Shown in pieces: positions 45,213 through 55,042 of a DNA stretch of 64,000 nucleotides. The notes under the pieces were generated by a model. It was not told where the DNA came from, did not search any database, and saw only the letters and a program-made list of their open reading frames with translations. The stretch comes from Opitutia bacterium. GTDB lineage: Bacteria > Verrucomicrobiota > Verrucomicrobiia > Opitutales > T3Sed10-336. Position numbers and translations under genes: made by a program. The DNA is taken from assembly GCA_050506795.1 (NCBI GenBank), contig JBJHCF010000021.1, forward strand, positions 1-64,000. Reading direction: 5' to 3'. How positions within the stretch are numbered: the stretch's first letter is position 1; the number at the start of each line of letters is the position of its first letter.

Positions 45213-47654
45213 TCAGTCGTCGTCGAGATTGACGAGAATCTCTCGCGGACTGGATCCGTTCTCCGGACCGACAATCCCCTGGCGTTCCAGAATCTCCATC
45301 AGCCGCGCGGCGCGGTTGTACCCGACTCGCAGTCGGCGTTGCAGCATTGAGGTGGAAGCGCGTTTGGTGGAACGTAGGACTTCGATGGCATCCGGCAGCA
45401 ACTCGTCCTCTTCCTCATCGGTGGATTCTTCGGCCTCCGGACGTTCAATCTGTTCCTGGATGTCGGCCGAAAACTGCGGAGGCCCGTTCTGTTTGAGGAA
45501 TTCAACGATCCTGTTGATCTCGTCGTCGGAAATGAACGCTCCCTGTGATCGCACCAGGCGCGAACTTCCGGGAGGGGAGAACAGCATGTCACCACGGCCG
45601 ATCAGTTGTTCGGCTCCTCCGGTGTCCAGGATTGTGCGACTATCGACCTTTGAAGCCACCTGGAAAGCGATGCGGGACGGCAGGTTGGCTTTGATCACTC
45701 CGGTAATGACGTTTACCGACGGGCGCTGGGTGGCGATCACTAGGTGGATTCCCGCGGCACGCGCCAATTGAGCGAGTCGGGCGATACCGGTTTCGACATC
45801 GGCTGGAGCCACCATCATCAGATCAGCCAATTCGTCGATTATGGCGACGATATAGGGTAGTTTTTCGGGGATCTCCAAATCGGAGTCGCGCGGGACTTCC
45901 ACTTCCGGAGCCACGGCTTCGGGAACTTCACCGATGAGGTCGTCGTCGGCAAAGGATCCTTTGAGGGCTTGTTTCTCGGCTTTTTCCGCCTCCTTTTTGC
46001 GCTGAGCGTTAAAACCGGCGATATTTCTGACTCCCACCTTGGCGAAAATCTGATAACGCCGGTCCATCTCGTTGATCAGCCACTTCAAGGCTCCGGGAAC
46101 CTTTTTGGGTTCCGTTACGACTGGGATCAACATATGGGGCAGGTCGTTGAAAATCTTCATTTCAACGATTTTAGGATCGACCATTAGAAAGCGCAGGTCT
46201 TCAGGACTGGCGTGGTACAACAGAGAAGTGATGATGCTGTTGATACAGACCGTTTTCCCAGCCCCGGTGGCGCCGGCGATCAGGAGGTGGGGCATTTTGG
46301 TGAGATCGGCGATCAGGGGTTTACCGCTAACGTCTTTGCCCAGCGCGATCGGGATTTCGGCATGAGAACTGGCCCAATCCTCCGACTCGATGATTTCTCG
46401 AATGCGTACCGGTTTGGCGTGGCGGTTTGGCACTTCAATGCCAACGCATCCCTTGCCCGGAACTGGCGCCATTATACGAACGGCGGTGGCCTTGAGGGCA
46501 AGCGCGATGTTCTTGTCCAGACTGACGATTCGTTCGACGCGAACCCCGGCGGCAGGGAAGACCTCGTAGCGCGTAATAACCGGCCCGGTATGGACTTCAC
46601 CCATGGTGACCTCGACGCCAAACTCCTTTAGCGTGCGAACCAGGTTTTCCGCGGTTTCGATGTGATCATCCTCAGTTTCGGTCTCGGGAGCTTCCTCAGG
46701 TTGGTCGAGAAGATCCAGATCCGGAAACTGATAGTCGCCTTTATGTTTTGGCAGGGGTGGCGAAGCGGCTTTGCGGGTGGTGGCCCCGGTGACGATCTTG
46801 AGCGGTGTTGCCGTACGGCTGCCGTTGGCGCCGGTGAGTGCGGCTGGAATCTGTTCGGTGCCTTTGGCGCGAGGCGTATCGTTCTGAGTCGCTTTTAAAT
46901 CGCGGAGGCTCGGCTTTTTCCTTGTAGCCGGGGGCGGATAGGCCTTCTTGCCGGAATCGGAATCGGTGAACTCGGCGTTGAGTTTCCGCTGTGCCTTCTC
47001 ACGGGCCGCTGCCTCTCGTGCCTTCCGTCGCTCTTCCCGTCGTTCCTTCCTAATGCGTCGCCGTTCCCCGAAATTGTGGAAGAAGCCTTCGGCGGCCTTG
47101 CCCAAATCCCGCGTAATCAAGAGCAACAGCGCGAAGAGGAAGGCGGCTCCCATGATTAACACCGAGCCAAAAACGCCGATGTTATAGCGAAGCAACTGGT
47201 CGTACAGAAGGGTTCCGACCACGCCCCCCGGACCCTGGGTGTGAACCCCCTCGGTCAGAAAAACGCTGTTCTGCATGGATAGCAGTCCGGCACCGGTCAG
47301 AACAAGCACGACTAGGGCGATGACTTTATCGTACTGCAAACGGTACGAGCGGCTGAAGAGGATCCACGCGACCCAGATAAGCAGAATGGGAACCAGCCAG
47401 GCGCAGCCTCCGAAAAGGTGAAACGTGAAAAAGGCGGTCTTTGCGCCAAACCGACCGACCAGGTTTTCTCCTGTGGGGTCGGTGGTATTCACGACATCCT
47501 GATCCGGGTGAAAATCGTAAAGAGATACGAGAATCAGCACCCCCAGAACCGCAAAAATACTCCCAGCGATCGGCCGGCACCGCGCCTTGGTCGGCTGGTT
47601 GAAAGTGGGAGCCGGTGTTTTCGACGTCTCCGGCGCTGTTTTCTTGTTACCCAT
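45213..47654 (-). CDS. ftsK: DNA translocase FtsK
   Basis: 4-TM N-terminus, MPHLLIAGATGAGKT, IIDELADLM, ATQRPSV, gamma domain STSMLQRRLRVGYNRAARL; alternative start at 47675. Confidence 0.97.
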   Translation of the reverse strand: MGNKKTAPETSKTPAPTFNQPTKARCRPIAGSIFAVLGVLILVSLYDFHPDQDVVNTTDPTGENLVGRFGAKTAFFTFHLFGGCAWLVPILLIWVAWILFSRSYRLQYDKVIALVVLVLTGAGLLSMQNSVFLTEGVHTQGPGGVVGTLLYDQLLRYNIGVFGSVLIMGAAFLFALLLLITRDLGKAAEGFFHNFGERRRIRKERREERRKAREAAAREKAQRKLNAEFTDSDSGKKAYPPPATRKKPSLRDLKATQNDTPRAKGTEQIPAALTGANGSRTATPLKIVTGATTRKAASPPLPKHKGDYQFPDLDLLDQPEEAPETETEDDHIETAENLVRTLKEFGVEVTMGEVHTGPVITRYEVFPAAGVRVERIVSLDKNIALALKATAVRIMAPVPGKGCVGIEVPNRHAKPVRIREIIESEDWASSHAEIPIALGKDVSGKPLIADLTKMPHLLIAGATGAGKTVCINSIITSLLYHASPEDLRFLMVDPKIVEMKIFNDLPHMLIPVVTEPKKVPGALKWLINEMDRRYQIFAKVGVRNIAGFNAQRKKEAEKAEKQALKGSFADDDLIGEVPEAVAPEVEVPRDSDLEIPEKLPYIVAIIDELADLMMVAPADVETGIARLAQLARAAGIHLVIATQRPSVNVITGVIKANLPSRIAFQVASKVDSRTILDTGGAEQLIGRGDMLFSPPGSSRLVRSQGAFISDDEINRIVEFLKQNGPPQFSADIQEQIERPEAEESTDEEEDELLPDAIEVLRSTKRASTSMLQRRLRVGYNRAARLMEILERQGIVGPENGSSPREILVNLDDD

Positions 47655-47743
47655 CGATCCGTTAAAATAGGGCATCAGGTCACCGCATTTAAAGCACTAA
47701 TGTACGTTGACCGCTTGTCGGGAGGCAAATTAACTCTTTTTTC

Positions 47744-48706
47744 ATGACGTTGCCGATTGTTTTCGAAGCTCTTTACAAGGAACGGGTCTGGGGCGGGCGC
47801 CGTTTGGAAGAGGAATTGGGGCGATCCCTTCCTCCATCGGTTCCGATAGGCGAAAGCTGGGAGATTGTCGACCGGTCCGATGCACAGTCCATCGTGAAAG
47901 GTGGCGACTACGACGGGCTCACCCTGCGCGAGATCGTGCAGGCGAATCCGTCCGGAATCATGGGCCCCGGGTACGATCCGGCGCGCCCGTTCCCGATCCT
48001 GGTCAAGTGGTTGGATTGCCGGGAGCGTTTGAGTCTGCAGGTGCATCCGCCGGCCGAAGTGGCAGCGGAACTTGGAGGCGAACCCAAAACCGAGAATTGG
48101 TACATCGCGGCTGCCGAACCCGGCGCCGGCTTGCTCGTCGGGCTCAGGAGAGGGGTACGTCGTGGCGAATTTGAACGCGCGTTGCGCGAGGAAAGGCTGG
48201 AGGAATGCGTCCATCGCGTCGAATGTTCCCCCGGGGATTCAATCCTGGTGCGCAGCGGCCGCATCCACGCCATCGACGGGGGCAACCTGATCCTGGAGAT
48301 TCAGCAGAATTCCGACACAACCTACCGGGTTTACGACTGGGGCAGGGTGGGACTCGACGGGAAAAAGCGCGATTTGCACATCAAGGAATCGTTGGCCTGC
48401 ATTGATTTCGACGATTTCGAGCCCGACCTTGTTCGTCCCGGGCTGGGAGATGCGACACTGGCCGACTGTCCTGAGTTTCGCATCCGCAAGGTGGTCGTGG
48501 GCTCGGACAGGACGCCATTGCGCTTTCGGTCCGGGGAGGGCCCGTTTCTTCTCCACGTGGTGGAGGGTGCGGTGCGGGTGGCGAACGAAAACCATGCTCT
48601 AGATCGCGGCGCCAACGCGCTGGTTCCCTGGGAAGGGGAGCTCGAACTTACGGCTGATCGTGACGCCGTCGTGCTGGTTACCGACCGGTTCACCACGAAT
48701 TCCTGA
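47744..48706 (+). CDS. manA: Type I mannose-6-phosphate isomerase
   Basis: [42 protein letters not shown]. Confidence 0.92.
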   Translation: MTLPIVFEALYKERVWGGRRLEEELGRSLPPSVPIGESWEIVDRSDAQSIVKGGDYDGLTLREIVQANPSGIMGPGYDPARPFPILVKWLDCRERLSLQVHPPAEVAAELGGEPKTENWYIAAAEPGAGLLVGLRRGVRRGEFERALREERLEECVHRVECSPGDSILVRSGRIHAIDGGNLILEIQQNSDTTYRVYDWGRVGLDGKKRDLHIKESLACIDFDDFEPDLVRPGLGDATLADCPEFRIRKVVVGSDRTPLRFRSGEGPFLLHVVEGAVRVANENHALDRGANALVPWEGELELTADRDAVVLVTDRFTTNS

Positions 48707-48817
48707 CCAGTCGGGATCTTTTGCCGGAAACCTGCAATGAGGTGAAAAAGGTGCTTTACAGGGGCGAAAAATCCCTGCAACCTCTTCCTTTTTTCAGGAA
48801 TAAAGAGCAGACAAATT

Positions 48818-48913
48818 ATGGGTAATCTGAAGAAGAAACGCCGTTTAAAGATATCGAAGCACAAGCGTCGCAAGCGCTCTAAGGCGAATCGCCATAAGAA
48901 GCGCACGTGGTAG
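48818..48913 (+). CDS. 31-aa basic protein, bS22/AURKAIP1-COX24 (mS38)-like small ribosomal protein; absent from the ORF track
   Basis: Manual translation: [31 protein letters not shown]. Confidence 0.85.
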   Translation: MGNLKKKRRLKISKHKRRKRSKANRHKKRTW

Positions 48914-48964
48914 CTTGCGGCCACTATGCCGTTGGCGGGGGCGGCGACTTTATTCCGTATTTAC

Positions 48965-49837
48965 TCAATCCCCGATCCGAATGATTGTATAGCCTTGGCT
49001 GTTTAACAGCTCAAGCATGTTGCCGGGGCCCAAGAGGTGGGCCAGCCCTACGGCGATAAATGCGTTTCCCTCTTCCAGAGCGGGAAGGGCTTTCTCGGTC
49101 ATGGTTAGATTGCGTTGGTCCAGTAATGCCTCCACGTAATCGTCGTTGGAGTCGGTCCTTAAGCCATCAATCAATCTTTCCACCTTGGTCGTATCTCCGG
49201 ATGCGTAAGCTGCGATCAATTCATGGTATTGGGGGTAGCCGTTTTCCATTTCATCCAGAGCCTCTTCGATCAGCTGGACGATGGTGTCGTCGTCCAGATT
49301 TTTGAAGACCGCCATTTGTTCCTCGACGGTTTCCAGTGCTCTGACCTCGATTTGCCGGTCACGTGCTTCCTGGTACAGACGCACGTCCATCACCTGAAAA
49401 AAATCCTCGTTAGGCGGCAGCGCAAAAAAAACAGGAATCATTTCAAAAGCCAGATTTCGCAGCATGAGGTCGGGAAGGCCGGCCCGTTGCGCTGCCGACC
49501 TCACCCGGGAATGAAGATGCTCCGGAACTCTGTTCTCCCAGCCTTGACCGCCAAAATCAAAGGCGGCGGCAGCCATTATGCCGATATTCTCATTGGTGAG
49601 GTCAATTTCGGGCATAAATACGCTTGATTGAGCCAAGGCTTCAATAACCGCATCCGGAATGCCGCGAACATTCGGATGGGAAGAGTGTATGGTTCCCATG
49701 ATGTGGCTCTCTTTTCCCTCACGTTCGGCCTTCCAAAGGAATGGCTGTTGCGCTGATAAAACCGGAGCTAACAAGCCCAGTGTCAGGAAAATTAGAATAC
49801 GGAAAAGGTTCAATCTGAATGGGAAAGACGTTTGCAT
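48965..49837 (-). CDS. TraB/GumN-family protein
   Basis: FLWK..MGTIH, MDVRL, LETVEEQ, LLDQRN, FIAVGLAHL. Confidence 0.92.
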   Translation of the reverse strand: MQTSFPFRLNLFRILIFLTLGLLAPVLSAQQPFLWKAEREGKESHIMGTIHSSHPNVRGIPDAVIEALAQSSVFMPEIDLTNENIGIMAAAAFDFGGQGWENRVPEHLHSRVRSAAQRAGLPDLMLRNLAFEMIPVFFALPPNEDFFQVMDVRLYQEARDRQIEVRALETVEEQMAVFKNLDDDTIVQLIEEALDEMENGYPQYHELIAAYASGDTTKVERLIDGLRTDSNDDYVEALLDQRNLTMTEKALPALEEGNAFIAVGLAHLLGPGNMLELLNSQGYTIIRIGD

Positions 49838-49975
49838 GGTACAGAATATACCTCGGAAAAACCATGTTTCGCAACCCTCGTGAGAGGTATTCTAAAAAAA
49901 TTGTAAACATGTTATTATGTTGAATTTACGAATTGATCGATTGGTTTCCATTGCGGTAAGTCTGCGTTCCACAAC

Positions 49976-51016
49976 ATGGCGATATCCAGACACAGTGCAT
50001 ATTTTGTCGAGCATTCGGATGCGGGGTTTCTTATTGCCCGAACCTCTGGCTATGTCACGCCCCTGACGTTGGAGGAGGTCTGCGAGACGCCCTCGGACGG
50101 AGACCGGGAAATTGTTTCGCTCGTCGAAAGCATGGGAGGCGCATCGGGCGCCGCAGGATACACCCGTGCCCGTTGCGGGGTTTATCCGCAAGGGCGTCTT
50201 TTAGGCAAATTGACGATCGACGAGCCTCGTCGGGCCAAGGATCCGCGTTACCTGGAGGAACGGGTGAAGTCTGAGTTCAATATCGAACCGTCCGGTTATC
50301 ACTTGGCGGTGTTGAACCTGCGAACCGGAGCTGCTGCCGATATCGGGAGTTTGATGGAAAAGGAGTTCTTTGTCTGCGGCGCACCTATCGAAACATTCTC
50401 CGAGGCGCAGAAGCATGTGCTTCAGCTTGGAGTCTTCCCTGATCGATTGGAGTTGGGCAGTGTCGCAAGTATCGGAGCTCTGGTGGACTACCACCGGCAT
50501 GCCGGGTTTGACGCTCCCACATTGATGCTGGAGATAGGACGACGGGATACTCGCGTGGTGATTATTCACCGCGGGGCGGTGGACGCGGTTAGAACTATTC
50601 CAAGTGGGTTGCAGTCGATGATAGCTGTTGTGCAGCGTGATCTGGGCTTGAAGGACGAAGAGGCGGCACGTCGTTTGTTTTATTCCGACTCCTTCGATTT
50701 CAAGGAGATGGGACCCCGACTTGTTGACCGACTCCTGCGCGAAATTCAATCGACGGTAGGTTTTTACGAAGTGAGTACCGGCCTTTCGGTTGGTCAGGTG
50801 ATCTGCACCAAAGCCCCTCATCAGTTGGCCTGGCTGAACAAGACTTTCGCCAAGGCTCTAAACGTGGATCCGTTGACCTTGAGCTTTCCGGGTTGGTTGG
50901 AACGGAATGGGGTCTCCCTGGGATCCGGTATAGACGCCGACAATATTCCCGCCCATTGGCTGGGATTGCTGGGCCTCATTATTGACGCTGGAGTGCCGGA
51001 CGATGAAACGAAATAG
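49976..51016 (+). CDS. Divergent PilM/GspL-cytoplasmic-like protein
   Basis: TLMLEIG..TRVVI, LLREIQSTVGFYE; first gene of an MNOP-secretin-like order. Confidence 0.6.
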   Translation: MAISRHSAYFVEHSDAGFLIARTSGYVTPLTLEEVCETPSDGDREIVSLVESMGGASGAAGYTRARCGVYPQGRLLGKLTIDEPRRAKDPRYLEERVKSEFNIEPSGYHLAVLNLRTGAAADIGSLMEKEFFVCGAPIETFSEAQKHVLQLGVFPDRLELGSVASIGALVDYHRHAGFDAPTLMLEIGRRDTRVVIIHRGAVDAVRTIPSGLQSMIAVVQRDLGLKDEEAARRLFYSDSFDFKEMGPRLVDRLLREIQSTVGFYEVSTGLSVGQVICTKAPHQLAWLNKTFAKALNVDPLTLSFPGWLERNGVSLGSGIDADNIPAHWLGLLGLIIDAGVPDDETK

Positions 51017-51626
51017 AAAGAATCATCAAGAGGGACCGCACTGGCACCCCGATTTTCGCGATGCGGCGGCGTTGCCCGACGTCAAGGTGGTTCGCACTTC
51101 GTTCTTCCTCAATGTTACCGCGTGTGTGGTGCTCAGTGCTTTGCTTATCGTTTTTCTTTATAGGGAGTTCGAAACTCGTAGCCTTGTGGAGCAGGTTGCT
51201 TCATGGGATGTGCGCATTGCCGAGCGGCAGCCGCAGAATCGGCATGCGCTCGACCTGAATCGGGAGTTTGCCGCGGAAGCGAATCGGGTCACCGCGCTCG
51301 AGGAGTTCCTCGAAGTGCCGACCGGTGTTTCCAATCTCCTTGCCCAGTTGGCTAAAACGATGCCCGACCGGATTGTTTTTTCCAGAATCAACTATCGCAT
51401 AGTTGCGTCCGGCGCCGAGTTGGCGCTAACCGGACGGGTCATCGGCGCTTCAGACGATGCAACGAATATCGTCTCCGAGTACGAGCGATTCTTTTCCGAG
51501 GACCCTTATTTTTCCCAAAGGGTAAGCGGCGTCAACGTGAGGTCCGTTACGCGTAATCCAGAAACAAATACGCTCTCATTTGATTTTCTTTTGTCTCTAG
51601 TTCGCCCCGAGGAGGAAGCGAGTTAA
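51003..51626 (+). CDS. PilN-like bitopic protein
   Basis: TM + coiled coil + LAQLAKTMPDRIVF..LTG..FDF. Confidence 0.6.
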   Translation: MKRNRKNHQEGPHWHPDFRDAAALPDVKVVRTSFFLNVTACVVLSALLIVFLYREFETRSLVEQVASWDVRIAERQPQNRHALDLNREFAAEANRVTALEEFLEVPTGVSNLLAQLAKTMPDRIVFSRINYRIVASGAELALTGRVIGASDDATNIVSEYERFFSEDPYFSQRVSGVNVRSVTRNPETNTLSFDFLLSLVRPEEEAS

Positions 51627-51630
51627 TTCG

Positions 51631-52191
51631 ATGAATATCAGCACCATCATAGCCCGGTTTCGCCAATATCCGACCCTGTTTGTTTGCGGCTTATGCTCGA
51701 TTGTAATCATCCTGGCCATAGTGGTTCGCGGGTCGGGGCTTTCCGATGTCCGAACCGAACTTCAGCAGATGGAGCGTGAAGGGGCGCGCATCGATGAGAA
51801 TATTAAAAACGCGGTCGACCTTGAGCAGCATTTGGCGGCTCTTGGAGAATTGACCGATGAACTGTCGGTGCGGCTGGTTAACCCGGCCGAGTTGGCACGG
51901 AACCTCCAATACTTCTACCGGCTGGAGAGTGAAAGCGCGGTCAGTATCACCGATCTTACCCAAAGAGGAACGCCTTCGCCGCCGACGGAAGGCGAGCCAC
52001 CGGAATATGTTCCCGTACGGTATGATATCGCGGTGGAGGGGTACTATCCAAACGTGCTGGAGTTTATTCATCGGGTGGAAAGCGGACGCCATTTCGCCCG
52101 GTTCACTCAAATGGAAATCGTTCGTGCCCAGCGGACGGATTCTTCCGCCGTACGTTTGGCGATTAACCTGGAGTTGCTTGGACGCCCATGA
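51631..52191 (+). CDS. PilO/GspM-like bitopic protein
   Basis: TM + coiled coil + IAVEGYYPNVLEFIHRVE. Confidence 0.65.
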   Translation: MNISTIIARFRQYPTLFVCGLCSIVIILAIVVRGSGLSDVRTELQQMEREGARIDENIKNAVDLEQHLAALGELTDELSVRLVNPAELARNLQYFYRLESESAVSITDLTQRGTPSPPTEGEPPEYVPVRYDIAVEGYYPNVLEFIHRVESGRHFARFTQMEIVRAQRTDSSAVRLAINLELLGRP

Positions 52192-52637
52192 ATAAAAAGC
52201 GCATATTGATTATTCTGGTTGCCGCGGTTTTCTTCGCGCTCAGCGATCAGACATTGCAGGCCCAGGTGCGAACTCCCGAAGACCGCCTTAATGTAATCAG
52301 TAAGGCCAGGTCCCTTGTGTACCCAGAGTCGAGGACACTGGAGGAGATGACTGAAGGGATGGTGGCACATCCGTTTTACCCGAGAGCGGACACGGTAGTG
52401 GCTCCCGGGGAAACGACCCGGAGCATTCTTGCCCAAATTGCGTCAGGAATCTCCGTCGACGGATCCATTCAAATGGGTGGAGTTAGATATTTACTACTGC
52501 AGGGCCGTCGGGTCGGCCCCGGTGACTATTTGCCCGTTCAACATGAAGGGCGAACCTACCAGGTGAGGATCGAGGCTGTTACAGCCTCGTCCTATAAGTT
52601 GCGGCTAAATGATGAGGAGATTGAGAACAACCTTTGA
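52188..52637 (+). CDS. Exported protein in the PilP position
   Basis: Signal peptide, HPF motif, beta-rich C-terminus; ATGA coupling. Confidence 0.55.
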   Translation: MNKKRILIILVAAVFFALSDQTLQAQVRTPEDRLNVISKARSLVYPESRTLEEMTEGMVAHPFYPRADTVVAPGETTRSILAQIASGISVDGSIQMGGVRYLLLQGRRVGPGDYLPVQHEGRTYQVRIEAVTASSYKLRLNDEEIENNL

Positions 52638-52647
52638 TCCAGATATT

Positions 52648-55026
52648 ATGAAAACAAAGACCCCCTTACAACTGGTGCTTTTAGTATTTGCCTGCACCGT
52701 GGCAACATTCCCGCTGAATAGTGAGGAAGCGGATCGGGCGGAGCCTATCTCCGTCGATTCTGTCGTGGGGAGCGTTGCCGAAGCTCCGCCGGACGCCGAG
52801 GTATTTGAAGTTGTTACCGCGGCAGTATCCGAGCAACCGGAACGTTTCGAGGAGATAGTAGTGGCTTTGCTGGATGAGTATCCGGCATCCGCTCGTTCCA
52901 TAGTGCGCAGCGTGGTCGCGGGACTGCCCGACCCAGAGCGTACCGGTGATGTGGTTTACGCCGCGGTGAGAGTTGCTCCTGGGGCGATCGAACCGATCGT
53001 TGACGGCGCTTTGGACGCCGCTCCGGATCGAGGTGAAGCGATCGCGCTGGCGGCGACCAACGCCATGCAGGAGATGCCGGCCGGCGACGATATTGAGAGC
53101 GAAAGCGGAGAAACCCCGGATAGTGAGGAAGGAGACGATCATGAAAGAGACTTGCTCGTAATCGAATCGGAGCCGGAACTTGTCGAGGTGCAGGATGAAA
53201 CGATGGAGACTATTTCGGTGGATTTTCCAGACACGGAGATTCGCACGATTCTAAGGAGTGTCGCCGATCTGTATGAACTGAACCTTGTCATTCCGGAAGA
53301 GCTTGGGGGTCGCGCTTCCATTCGGTTGCGCGATGTCACCTGGCCGCAGGTTTTCGAAATTGTATTGTCCCCGATTGGATACACTTTTCGGGATGATGCG
53401 GGTATAATCCGAATTATTCGGGATGAGGTCGCTCGTGGTGTGGCGACGGACGACCGCGTGAGGGTTCACGAGGATGGCACCTTGACGGTCAATTTTGAAA
53501 ATGTGCCGATAGCCGACATTGTCGCCATGGTTTCCGCGGAAGCGGATCTGAATGTGGTGATCCCGCAGGATTTCATGACGATGGGTTCCGATGCTACAGC
53601 AACCATACGCCTGCGCAACGTTCGCTGGGAACAGGTTTTTGATGTGTCCCTGTCGCAGATTGGTTATGGTTATCTGGATCGAGACGATATCGTAAGAATC
53701 GAGACGCTGAGCCGGATCGAGTCGGTCCCGCCGGCGACCCGCGTTGTGCAGGTAAAGTATCCGTCTGCCACAATCATCGCTGAGTTCGTAAGAAATCTAT
53801 CGGGTGTTCAGCAGGTGCAGGTAGATCCGGGCACCAACGTCTTGATAGTGACTGCAGAGGAAGGGAAGATGCGCGAAATCGAACGCCTTGTGGAGCGCCT
53901 GGACCAACCCACCCAACAGGTGATGATCGAAGCGATGTTCATCGAGGTTTCGGACCGCGACGCCAAAGACCTCGGGGTGCGTTGGGATTCGCTTGGAGGG
54001 TACACGGTCGGTGCCGGAGATCTGCAGCATAGTTTCGATCGTTCGCGCGACAGTGATCGCGTTTCCGGAACGGCGCGCAACCGGACGCAAACGGTTACCG
54101 AAGGTCCCGGAGGGGTTACCTCCACCAGCACCGACACTCGGCAGAGATTCAGCGAGGTGTTGAGTGCCGGCGGAACCGGAAGGCACACTCAGGCGATTTT
54201 TACCGCCGGTGAATTCAATTTGGTGCTGAGTGCTTTGCAGTCCAATACGGATGCTCGATTGGTTTCCAATCCGACGGTGGTTACCATGAACGCCAAGGAG
54301 GCGGAGATCCAGGTGGTGGACCACCTCTACCGGGAAGGCGCTGCCAACGTTCTGGGGACCGGACAGGCGGGCGATCCGGCGCGGACTACCTTCGACGAAC
54401 CGATCAAGTTGGAGAATATGCCGGGAATTATTCTAAAGGTGATACCAACTATCAGCGGCGGTGACCTGATCAACCTGTATGCGCGGCCGGAGATTAACAA
54501 CATTGTTGGAGAGCAGGTTCTCGGCGACGGACCGTTTGCCCAGACGATTCCGACAATCCGGCAGCGATTTGTGGAAACCAATGTCGTGGTGAAAAGCGGT
54601 CAGACTCTGGCCATGAGCGGATTGGCCGATGAGGATTCCAGCAGTATGCAAACCAAGGTTCCGTTGCTGGGAGACATGCCGCTGGTCGGACGATTTTTCC
54701 GCAGCGATTCCACAGACAGGAACAAAAAGAACCAGATCATATTTATTACGGCCACAATAACGGATCCGGACCGTCATAATTACACGGACTTCATCGATGA
54801 GCGCGAGATGCTGCAAATGGGATTAAGTCATCGTGACATCCAGGGATCCCAGTATCAGCGAACCGAAGAAGAAGAGCGTTACCTTGAGGAGTTGGCTCGA
54901 CGTCGGGCGGATGCGCGTCAGGAGGAGATTCGGCGAATGCTGATGGAATTCGACGATGCCGATCTTGACAACGAAGATGCGCGTTCGGTGAGAAGCGCCC
55001 GGATGGGACCGAGGCAGAGACATTAA
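52648..55026 (+). CDS. Secretin (PilQ/GspD family) with duplicated N0/STN domain and N-terminal helical repeats
   Basis: LDQPTQQVMIEA, LVSNPTVVT, GIILKVIP, KVPLLGDMPLVGRFFRS, IIFIT. Confidence 0.93.
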   Translation: MKTKTPLQLVLLVFACTVATFPLNSEEADRAEPISVDSVVGSVAEAPPDAEVFEVVTAAVSEQPERFEEIVVALLDEYPASARSIVRSVVAGLPDPERTGDVVYAAVRVAPGAIEPIVDGALDAAPDRGEAIALAATNAMQEMPAGDDIESESGETPDSEEGDDHERDLLVIESEPELVEVQDETMETISVDFPDTEIRTILRSVADLYELNLVIPEELGGRASIRLRDVTWPQVFEIVLSPIGYTFRDDAGIIRIIRDEVARGVATDDRVRVHEDGTLTVNFENVPIADIVAMVSAEADLNVVIPQDFMTMGSDATATIRLRNVRWEQVFDVSLSQIGYGYLDRDDIVRIETLSRIESVPPATRVVQVKYPSATIIAEFVRNLSGVQQVQVDPGTNVLIVTAEEGKMREIERLVERLDQPTQQVMIEAMFIEVSDRDAKDLGVRWDSLGGYTVGAGDLQHSFDRSRDSDRVSGTARNRTQTVTEGPGGVTSTSTDTRQRFSEVLSAGGTGRHTQAIFTAGEFNLVLSALQSNTDARLVSNPTVVTMNAKEAEIQVVDHLYREGAANVLGTGQAGDPARTTFDEPIKLENMPGIILKVIPTISGGDLINLYARPEINNIVGEQVLGDGPFAQTIPTIRQRFVETNVVVKSGQTLAMSGLADEDSSSMQTKVPLLGDMPLVGRFFRSDSTDRNKKNQIIFITATITDPDRHNYTDFIDEREMLQMGLSHRDIQGSQYQRTEEEERYLEELARRRADARQEEIRRMLMEFDDADLDNEDARSVRSARMGPRQRH

Positions 55027-55042
55027 TTGAAGGGATATTGTC

